Origin: Pseudomonadales bacterium
GTDB taxonomy: Bacteria > Pseudomonadota > Gammaproteobacteria > Pseudomonadales > Azotimanducaceae
DNA: 53,321 bases
Assembly (NCBI GenBank): GCA_020443225.1
Contig: JAGRIO010000001.1
Span: 1 to 53,321, forward strand
Direction of reading: 5' to 3'
The notes beneath the pieces are model-generated. The model was not told the DNA's origin. It searched no databases and saw only the letters and a list, made by a program, of their open reading frames with translations. Position numbers and translations under genes: made by a program. Of this stretch, positions 1 to 6,674 are shown piece after piece; positions within the stretch are counted from its first letter, which is position 1, and each line of letters begins with the position of its first letter.

Positions 1-683
1 GCGTTAAATGGTGCGGTGATGGCGGGTTGCATGGCGAACTTTGTCATCACCTCGGTTGCTTTGGCTAGCTGCCGGGTGTTGTTGGCGGCCATAGCCCAGA
101 GCTGTGCCGGGCCTTTTTCGGTAAATGCCTGCAGATTTTCGCGCATGGCATCCCGAACCAGATGCGCGACATCCGGGGCGGGTTCGGGTACCCAGGGTTC
201 ATTCGGGGGTACGGGCTCGCCGGCATCAGGATCAAGATCATACAGAATCATCGTAAGCTCGATCCCGGAAGCGCCGTCGATCATGGCGTGGTGAGTCATT
301 TGCAGGATCAGCGTCTTACCTGGAACGCCCTCGATCAGAATGGATTTCCATAAGGGTCTGGCGCGATCAAGAATGGGCTCATTCAGTGAGACTGCAACAT
401 CCATGGCAGCTTCCAGCGAAGTGCCTTCCGGCAGTTTGTGGTGAAGCACATGGTTTTTCAGATCGAAATCCGGATCATCAACCCAGACCGGGTGGGCCAG
501 ACTGAAGGGTACCTGCATCAGCTTGCGCCGGTAGGCAGGTACCAGATGAATTCTTTTCTCGAAGCGAGTCATGAACTGATCGAAGCTCAGTTCACCATCC
601 AGAATATAGACCGATGAAATATGCATGGGGCCGCTGGATGACTCCATGTAAACAAATGATGCATCTGCCTGTGTTAGCCGCAT
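1..683 (-). CDS. Wax ester synthase/diacylglycerol acyltransferase (WS/DGAT, AtfA-like), N-terminal ~227 aa. The 3' end runs off the left edge of the window.
   Basis: Absent from the ORF track because it is edge-truncated. Hand translation of the minus strand from the ATG at 683-681 gives MRLTQADASFVYMESSSGPMHISSVYILDG...RPLWKSILIEGVPGKTLILQMTHHAMIDGASGIEL. It carries the family-defining HHxxxDG motif (HHAMIDG). A GGGAGA Shine-Dalgarno lies ~5 nt upstream. Confidence 0.85.
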   Translation of the reverse strand, partial: MRLTQADASFVYMESSSGPMHISSVYILDGELSFDQFMTRFEKRIHLVPAYRRKLMQVPFSLAHPVWVDDPDFDLKNHVLHHKLPEGTSLEAAMDVAVSLNEPILDRARPLWKSILIEGVPGKTLILQMTHHAMIDGASGIELTMILYDLDPDAGEPVPPNEPWVPEPAPDVAHLVRDAMRENLQAFTEKGPAQLWAMAANNTRQLAKATEVMTKFAMQPAITAPFN

Positions 684-842
684 AATCGTCTCCCCTGACC
701 TTTAGCGAATATGAGCCACCCGGCGGTGAGAGTCAAACCCGGGGCGCAGGTAACAGGGTCAGGCCAGCTCAGGAACTGACGGGCTCCGCAAACAGGGAGT
801 CGTGCACCCGGCCTTCAGGTGCATTGAGATAACGTTGGCAGA

Positions 843-2297
843 TCAGTGTTTCCAGAATGCCGGCAACAGTAGTGCCAGTACGGTGAAGTACTCAAGCCGG
901 CCAAGTATCATGGCGAAGCTCAGCACCCAGGTACCAGAATCTGATAGCGGCTGGAAGTTGCTGCCCATATTACCGAAGGCTGGACCCAGAACATTGAGAC
1001 AGGCAGAGACGGCAGTGAAAGCCGAATAAAAATCCTGTCCGGTAGACATCAGCAGCAGTGAGAAAAACATACTGCCGAACAGTGCGAATGCCATAAACGC
1101 AATAGACGCGCTTAAAACAGGTTCATCCACCGGCCGACCCTGATACTTGATCAGGAAGACTCCTCGTGGATGAATCAGTTTCTTGATTTCGAGATTGATG
1201 GTTTTGAACATCAGGATATTGCGGATAATCTTGTTCCCACCAGCAGTGGAGCCGGCACAGCCGCCGAGATAGCTGGCAACGATCAGCAGCGTAATGGCCA
1301 GCGGCGGCCAGCCAGTGTAGTCACCGGCACCATAACCTGTGCTGGTGATGAATGAAATCAGGTGGAAGAACGACTGGTTCAGGGTGCCTGCCAGATCGTC
1401 GTGCATATGTCCCATATACAGCACGGTAGAGATAACGACAGAAATACCGGCTGCCAGCAGCAGGAACCAACGGGTTTCTTCGTCCTGCCAGAAGATTTTC
1501 AGGTTTCTGCCCCGCCACACCCTGAAATGCAGTGAAAAACTGATCGCACCCAGCAACATAAAAAGATCCGAAATAATCAGCAGTGCCGGACTGTGAAAGT
1601 AACCCATGCTGGCATCGTGCGTAGAAAAACCACCGGTCGAGACGGTAGTCAGACTGTGGGCGACAGCATCAAACCCGCTCATGCCTGCCAGGTAGTAGCC
1701 CACGGCGCAAAGAACAGTCAGTACCAGGTAAACGAACCACAGATAGTGGGCAGTGTTGGCGATCCGGGGTGAGAGTTTGTCATCCTTGATGGGGCCGGGA
1801 GTCTCAGCCTTCAGCAATCGCATGCCCCCGACATTGAGCATTGGCAGAATCGCCACGACAAAAACAACGACGCCGAGACCGCCGAGCCATTGCAGAAACT
1901 GGCGGTACAGCAGAAAAGTTTTCGGCATGGTATCCAGGCCGCTGAGAATAGTGGCCCCGGTAGTCGTCAGGGCGCTGACTGATTCGAAGACGCCGTCGGT
2001 GATGGAGACATGGGTAATCAGGACAATGGGAATAGCACCCAGACCGCCGCATATGATCCACGTCAGTACAGCGAACAACAGGGATTCCCTGAACCCGATG
2101 CGGGAAGCATCCACACGACGCGAGACCAGCACAAAGAATAAGGCCGAACCAATCATGGTGGCGGCAGGCAGAAAGAATTGTCGTTCTTCGTGATCATGGA
2201 ATATCAGCAGGGACAGACAGGCAAAGCTCAGCTGAATCGCCCCCATCAGCCCGACGGGGAATGCCAGAAGATAGAGGGTGACGTTTCGGAAATACAC
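843..2297 (-). CDS. trkH: TrkH-family K+ uptake transporter subunit
   Basis: The ORF spans 843..2354. It is a multi-pass membrane protein with TrkH-type pore repeats (TTTGATILSG, VSTGGFSTHD, TSTGYGAGD). Alignment by eye to the E. coli TrkH N-terminus (MHFRAIT.. versus VYFRNVT..) favours the GTG start at 2297, giving ~484 aa. The TTG at 2354 is the longest alternative. Confidence 0.85.
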   Translation of the reverse strand: MYFRNVTLYLLAFPVGLMGAIQLSFACLSLLIFHDHEERQFFLPAATMIGSALFFVLVSRRVDASRIGFRESLLFAVLTWIICGGLGAIPIVLITHVSITDGVFESVSALTTTGATILSGLDTMPKTFLLYRQFLQWLGGLGVVVFVVAILPMLNVGGMRLLKAETPGPIKDDKLSPRIANTAHYLWFVYLVLTVLCAVGYYLAGMSGFDAVAHSLTTVSTGGFSTHDASMGYFHSPALLIISDLFMLLGAISFSLHFRVWRGRNLKIFWQDEETRWFLLLAAGISVVISTVLYMGHMHDDLAGTLNQSFFHLISFITSTGYGAGDYTGWPPLAITLLIVASYLGGCAGSTAGGNKIIRNILMFKTINLEIKKLIHPRGVFLIKYQGRPVDEPVLSASIAFMAFALFGSMFFSLLLMSTGQDFYSAFTAVSACLNVLGPAFGNMGSNFQPLSDSGTWVLSFAMILGRLEYFTVLALLLPAFWKH

Positions 2298-2416
2298 CTG
2301 CTTGGCCTTAACTCTGCACTCTGCGCTGTGAGAGTGAGGATCTGTGAAAATCAATCACCCTCATGGCGCCCGGCGCGAAGTTTAGCACGTTGACCAGGGT
2401 AACTCTGCGCCGGCGG

Positions 2417-2881
2417 TTATTTGCGGGTCCAGAAATTCAGATATTCCACATAGGCTGCCGGTTTTTCTGAGCCATCCGCTTCGATCTGATGGGCAGTTTT
2501 GATCAGGCGGCGGCCATCTGGCTTGTCCTGTACGTCCATCACCGAAATGCGGTCGCGCAGCCTTACTCCATCACCCACCACTACCGGTGACAGAATGCGC
2601 ACCTTATCCATGCCGTAGTTCAGTGGATTCTTGCCATCTTTGTACAGCAGCCCACCCAGTTCCAGGAAATGGGTCACCAGGCTGACCATGAAGAAACCGT
2701 GAACCAGCGTGCCGCCATGAGGGCTGTGTTCTTTTGCCCATTCTGCATCGTTGTGGCCGCGTTTAGCCCAGCGGGTGATTTCACCGAAGATATTCACTTG
2801 CATCTGATCCAGTTCAACCCAGTCTGTGACGGCTACTTCGTTGCCGATTTGTTCGTGAATATTAGCGAGTAGCAGTGTCAT
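2417..2881 (-). CDS. MaoC-like (hotdog fold) dehydratase / R-specific enoyl-CoA hydratase family protein
   Basis: 154 aa. It shows the N-terminal 'DQ..V..F...T' pattern plus HGGTLVHGFF and a C-terminal hotdog segment, typical of MaoC/NodN-like proteins. Confidence 0.7.
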   Translation of the reverse strand: MTLLLANIHEQIGNEVAVTDWVELDQMQVNIFGEITRWAKRGHNDAEWAKEHSPHGGTLVHGFFMVSLVTHFLELGGLLYKDGKNPLNYGMDKVRILSPVVVGDGVRLRDRISVMDVQDKPDGRRLIKTAHQIEADGSEKPAAYVEYLNFWTRK

Positions 2882-3144
2882 AAGGGCTTCGTTGTCCTGG
2901 TCAGATGTAGGCGGTTGTCAACAAGTCCTGATTTTGGCTGACGCAGAAGTTGCGCGCCAGAACCGGGTTGATTCAGGTTGGGGCAGTATTCACCAGGTGC
3001 CAGCTGATTTCCAGCGTATGTTTCTGAGCATCACCTGATCATCCCGATTCCACCGGGCCGTTATGCGGCGCAGACCGCTGCAATGTCTTTACTTCGCGAT
3101 CATCCCTGATTTAATGTCTCGCCATCCAACTACAGAGTAACCTC

Positions 3145-4284
3145 ATGCCTTTTGACCACCTTTTGTTGCAGGGACTTGATGCCGCAGGGAAAGCCTTTGT
3201 CAGCCAGCATATGCAGCGGCAGGTGATCGCGGACGGTGAGCAGTTTATTCAGGAAGGCGCCACCGATTCGGATCTTTACTTCATCGAATCTGGAAAGGCT
3301 GAACTGGTTAAAGGGCAGGGTGCAGAAAAGGTGAAACTCGGCGAGCTGGGTACCGGTGATGTGCTCGGTGAGCTGTCGTTTCTTGATGATTCGCCAAGGT
3401 CTGTATCGGTCGTGGCCGCCGGCGAGGTAGTCGTTCAGTATTTCCCCAAATCTGCTGTGTTGCAGAGTGACGGCATTGCTGAAAAAGTCAGGCATCAGAT
3501 CGAGCGTAACATTGCACTGCTCAGTACTGAACGTCTGCGACGTACCAGTAATGATTTTGTCGATAGCCTGCGTCGTGAAGTTGACTTGCTGAAGGAGCAG
3601 GTCAACTTCGGCACCATGTTCATTATTATGGTCATTCTGTTCGGTCTGAATGGTTTCCTGCTGAACATAATTCAAACCTATTTTTCAGACTTTTATTACT
3701 TTACCAGCCCCAACTACACCTTTCTGTATGCCCGCATCATCGACTGGGGCGGCTTTATTGTCTTTGCCCTGCCTGTGCTTTATCTGGTGAAAGTCATCCA
3801 TTTCCCGTTGCGTCAGGTCATGGACATGCGTCCCAACCTCCGCCAAACCCTGAGGGAATCGCTGGCGCTGAGTGCTCTGGTGGTGCTGGCAGTAGTACCT
3901 GCGTCATTCGGGCTGGTTGACCTGCCATTTGTCAGTCGGATTAACGACAATTTTGACCTGAAATGGTTTGCCATTGTCTTCACACCGGACTATCTGCTGC
4001 ATTCCTATATTCAGGAACTGGTAGCCCGGGGCATTATGCAAAACGCCATTCAGAAATTTCTGCGGGACGAAAAAGGACACCGGACCATTATTATCTGTAG
4101 CCTGGCGTTTGCAGTGATGCATGTGCATCTTGGTATTGAGTTTGCGGCCACGACCGGATTTGCCGGCATTATTTTCGGTTATATCTACTTGCGGCACGGT
4201 AATCTGTTAGGTGTGACGATTTTCCACTGGATCATTGGGGCCATCGTTATGCGTTACATGACGGTGCTACAGGTACTGCAATAG
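3145..4284 (+). CDS. Fusion protein: N-terminal cyclic-nucleotide-binding (CAP effector) domain joined to a C-terminal CPBP-family (CAAX/Abi-type) intramembrane protease domain
   Basis: 379 aa. The cNMP phosphate-binding cassette is GELSFLDDSPRSVSVVA, within a typical beta-roll context (LYFIESGKAELVKG). A charged linker follows. The multi-pass membrane region carries CPBP motifs: IQELVARG (ExxxR), FAVMHVH (FxxxH) and FHWIIGA (third-motif His). Confidence 0.75.
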   Translation: MPFDHLLLQGLDAAGKAFVSQHMQRQVIADGEQFIQEGATDSDLYFIESGKAELVKGQGAEKVKLGELGTGDVLGELSFLDDSPRSVSVVAAGEVVVQYFPKSAVLQSDGIAEKVRHQIERNIALLSTERLRRTSNDFVDSLRREVDLLKEQVNFGTMFIIMVILFGLNGFLLNIIQTYFSDFYYFTSPNYTFLYARIIDWGGFIVFALPVLYLVKVIHFPLRQVMDMRPNLRQTLRESLALSALVVLAVVPASFGLVDLPFVSRINDNFDLKWFAIVFTPDYLLHSYIQELVARGIMQNAIQKFLRDEKGHRTIIICSLAFAVMHVHLGIEFAATTGFAGIIFGYIYLRHGNLLGVTIFHWIIGAIVMRYMTVLQVLQ

Positions 4285-4291
4285 GCTGTTG

Positions 4292-4324
4292 CAGAACTAC
4301 CTCAGAACTACCTCAGAACTATGA
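4292..4324. repeat. Tandem 11-bp direct repeat, CAGAACTACCT x2 plus a degenerate third copy (CAGAACTATGA)
   Basis: Read directly: gCAGAACTACCTCAGAACTACCTCAGAACTATGAcc. It begins 8 nt after the stop codon of the 3145..4284 gene. Confidence 0.9.
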
Positions 4325-4342
4325 CCGGACTAAGACATCACA

Positions 4343-4369
4343 GGGATTTCTGAACTGATCAGAAATCCC
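4343..4369. terminator. 11-bp perfect-stem hairpin between convergent genes; possible terminator, but with no U-tract
   Basis: GGGATTTCTGA (4343-4353) pairs with TCAGAAATCCC (4359-4369) across a 5-nt loop. The 3' arm overlaps the stop and last codons of the minus-strand gene ending at 4359. Confidence 0.3.
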
Positions 4370-5597
4370 GCGACAGCCAGCGTTTGTCAGCCAGGCTGAA
4401 TTGTCGGGTAGCGCCCTCGTTGAATACCTTCAGATCGACTTCAGGTGCATTGAGCGTGGTAGAAATTGTGACCACATCATCAATGCTGCACGCGAAACTG
4501 TAGAAAGGCATACCAACCGGAATGGTATAGAAACACATATCCTGCACCAGCTTGCTGACTCCGTCGTTACTGTGAAAAAAGCCGGGACTGAAGAGGTAGT
4601 CTATCGCGCGTTTCTTGAACAGCGTCTGGGCCTCCACGCAACTGATCATGTGGTATAGCGGCAACACTTCAAACTGGCGAATACGGAACTGCTTTTCTAT
4701 GGCCTTTACCATGGCATCTTCATCGTCTGTGCGATGAACGTCCACGGTGATAATGGTGTAATTATTTCTGAACCGTGGGTTAATCATGCCAATGATCACC
4801 CCAACCCTGACCATCTTCCGCTCTGGCGGCAGGCTCCGGAACAGCCGGAACATCCACACGCCCAGCAGCGCAGAAGTGAACTTTACCTTGTTACGGTTCC
4901 GGGCAGACTTGACGATATCCAGGGGGAAGCGATGACTGATGATCTTCTGATCGCTCTCATCCGGAAATGTTTTCATGGGTTTGTGCAGCAACCAGCGGGT
5001 ACCCATAGCCAGAATCGTATAGATCTGCAGCAGCTCTGCCAGCACTGGAATATAGCGATCGTTCAACAGCCAGCGAGAGGCGAAGGGTCGTGAGTCGATC
5101 AGCGGTACGATAATCTCATTAACCAGACGCAGGCCGTCCCAGACCGTGTGATCGAACATCAGCCCTATCAGACGTTTCTCGGGGTAGATTCTGAACACCA
5201 GCTCCCGGAACTGATCATCCTTGGTCGCAAAGAATGCCGGGTCATCGTGCACTACGTCGATGATATCGTCCGGTTGCAGGGTCTCCTTGACATAGTACTG
5301 CTTCGATTTCAGATCCACACCGAGTCGGAAGGTGCTGTCGGGCGTTGCAAAGTGCTGATTGATATTTGCCCGGACCTGCGCGGTGATAGCATCAAAGTCG
5401 GCGTCGTCAGGAAAGGTGAAATGCAGCCCGCCCCATGCCCGGGTATTTTCTGCCACACAGTACTTCAGCATGTGCAGATCGCTGCCCTGAATACTCTTTG
5501 GTCGTACTATAAAAACCCAGAAACGCCGGAATGCCAGAAACACAGCCAACAAAATTAATCCGGCCAGAAGAAAGCCGCCGATGGTTTCAGGGTTCAT
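4359..5597 (-). CDS. Membrane-anchored HxxxD-motif acyltransferase-like protein (condensation / WS-DGAT / CAT-like superfamily), uncharacterised
   Basis: The ORF reaches 5633 (TTG), but the ATG at 5597 has an AAGGA Shine-Dalgarno 9 nt upstream. The product starts MNPETIGGFLLAGLILLAVFLAFRRF, a single N-terminal TM helix. The motif RLIGLMFDHTVWDGLRLVNE (HxxxDG, with the first His replaced by Asp) lies ~150 aa into a ~400-aa soluble part. That placement fits the two-lobed CAT-like fold. Confidence 0.45.
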   Translation of the reverse strand: MNPETIGGFLLAGLILLAVFLAFRRFWVFIVRPKSIQGSDLHMLKYCVAENTRAWGGLHFTFPDDADFDAITAQVRANINQHFATPDSTFRLGVDLKSKQYYVKETLQPDDIIDVVHDDPAFFATKDDQFRELVFRIYPEKRLIGLMFDHTVWDGLRLVNEIIVPLIDSRPFASRWLLNDRYIPVLAELLQIYTILAMGTRWLLHKPMKTFPDESDQKIISHRFPLDIVKSARNRNKVKFTSALLGVWMFRLFRSLPPERKMVRVGVIIGMINPRFRNNYTIITVDVHRTDDEDAMVKAIEKQFRIRQFEVLPLYHMISCVEAQTLFKKRAIDYLFSPGFFHSNDGVSKLVQDMCFYTIPVGMPFYSFACSIDDVVTISTTLNAPEVDLKVFNEGATRQFSLADKRWLSRDF

Positions 5598-5797
5598 CAG
5601 GTTATGTCCTTTAATCCGATTGCAGTCTTGCAACGGTTTGATGATGGTTATTCAGCACAGTGACTGAAACAAGGGCCAGGGTATTTCCTGCGCCGCATTC
5701 AACCCTGACCATACTACTTTTTTGCCGGTTAGTTTACGATCTCTACCTGTACACCGATGGAATATTTTTTCATCCCGAAGTGAAGGAATCTGATGAG

Positions 5798-6607
5798 ATG
5801 ATGTCTGCAATATTCGTGATTATCGTACTGGCGATTGTGATTGCCTGGTGGATGCTGCATCGAAGGCAGTTGCAGCGTATCGCCGTGCTCGCCGGTTCAC
5901 TTCCTGAAATTGTCACGACTGCAGCAGGTCAGTATGAAGCCGGTCAACCCCGGGCCACTGAGAACAGCGCCGACTTCAGCCTGCGGCTTTATCGGGGCGA
6001 AAATTTCCTGACCGATGAGGCTGCTCACAGATTACGGACGGCTTGCCTGGGGGCAGGTGATATGGAGCGTTCCTACTTTCCTGCTCACAAAGCGGGTGGC
6101 ACCGTCAGTTATGAGGCGCTGTTCCACGAAGCACCTGAGGCCGTTGCTTTTTATCATTCTGAATTGCTGAAAAGCACCATCAGCAATATTGTCGGGGAAC
6201 CCGTGACCCAGACGCCGATCCATGATCAGAGCTCGTGCTCGTTGCTGCTTTACACCAAACCAGGTGATCATATCGGCTGGCACTATGACTATAACTTCTA
6301 TCGTGGTCGCCATTTCACCGTGCTGTACGTGCTGGAGAATCGCGGCTCCGGGGCTGACCATCTTTCTCATTGTCAGTTGCAGGTACGTCGTAATGGAGAA
6401 ATCAGTGCTGTTCCGACTCCGCCCAATTCATTGATTGTCTTCGAAGGCAGAGAGGTGATGCACCGGGTAACCAGACTGCAGCCAGACGAGTACCGGGTAT
6501 TGCTCAGCATGACCTTCACAACAAACCCTTCTAACTATCTCTGGCAGGGGGTCATGCGCCGCTGTAAGGATGTCGCCTACTATGGGGTACGGGCTTTGTG
6601 GAGTTGA
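5798..6607 (+). CDS. 2OG-Fe(II) oxygenase superfamily protein (prolyl-4-hydroxylase-like) with an N-terminal TM anchor
   Basis: The ORF starts at 5660, but the ATG-ATG at 5798 has a GAAGGAA Shine-Dalgarno 8 nt upstream. The product starts MMSAIFVIIVLAIVIAWWMLHRRQ (TM helix). The facial triad and 2OG-binding pattern are present: GWHYD (HxD), EVMHRV (distal His) and RVLLSMTF (Arg). Confidence 0.6.
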   Translation: MMSAIFVIIVLAIVIAWWMLHRRQLQRIAVLAGSLPEIVTTAAGQYEAGQPRATENSADFSLRLYRGENFLTDEAAHRLRTACLGAGDMERSYFPAHKAGGTVSYEALFHEAPEAVAFYHSELLKSTISNIVGEPVTQTPIHDQSSCSLLLYTKPGDHIGWHYDYNFYRGRHFTVLYVLENRGSGADHLSHCQLQVRRNGEISAVPTPPNSLIVFEGREVMHRVTRLQPDEYRVLLSMTFTTNPSNYLWQGVMRRCKDVAYYGVRALWS

Positions 6608-6674
6608 GACGCAGATTCTCAGCCGATAACACGGTCGACAGGTTCATGCTGGCAGTGCCAGAGTGTTAAGGCGA

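Noticed and set aside
843-2354. N-terminal extensions are implied by the longest ORFs: TrkH to 2354, 4359..5633, 5660.., 9821..10867, 12280.., 23666.., 29579.., 31455.., 35516.., 39001..40089, 48984..50441, 51584.. and 52364..52690.
   Set aside because: In each case an internal ATG or GTG has a better-placed Shine-Dalgarno. It also restores the expected family N-terminus or signal peptide, or avoids overlap with an upstream gene. The shorter coordinates are reported, but the starts remain predictions.
3130-3675. There are long antisense ORFs opposite well-supported genes. Examples: 3130..3675, 12172..12738, 13997..14836, 25421..26041, 29086..29622, 29909..30403, 31044..31427, 31833..32369, 36659..37099, 41738..42283 and 47806..48441.
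   Set aside because: Each lies entirely within a gene with clear family motifs on the other strand. None shows recognisable motifs or a Shine-Dalgarno sequence, and their compositions are the Arg/Pro/Gly/Ser-rich type typical of shadow frames in moderately GC-rich DNA.
3145-4284. The cNMP-binding domain fused to TM helices resembles Pycsar (PycTM) or CBASS-type anti-phage effectors.
   Set aside because: No nucleotide cyclase or CD-NTase gene is adjacent; the neighbours are a MaoC hydratase and an acyltransferase-like gene. There are no other defence or mobile genes nearby, and the membrane part carries CPBP protease motifs rather than a simple pore-forming 2-4 TM module. It is kept as an unusual fusion, not called as a defence system.
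4292-4324. Could the short tandem repeat be a CRISPR or other array?
   Set aside because: There are only ~2.7 contiguous copies of an 11-mer with no spacers, and no cas genes are present. It is a simple microsatellite-like repeat.
5620-5633. Could the palindrome TTGCAGTCTTGCAA be a functional FNR/FixK box activating the acyltransferase-like gene?
   Set aside because: Its centre is only ~30 nt upstream of the preferred ATG (5597). That is incompatible with class II activation (-41.5 from a TSS) unless the gene uses the TTG at 5633 or is leaderless. It is mentioned within the finding but not annotated as a feature.
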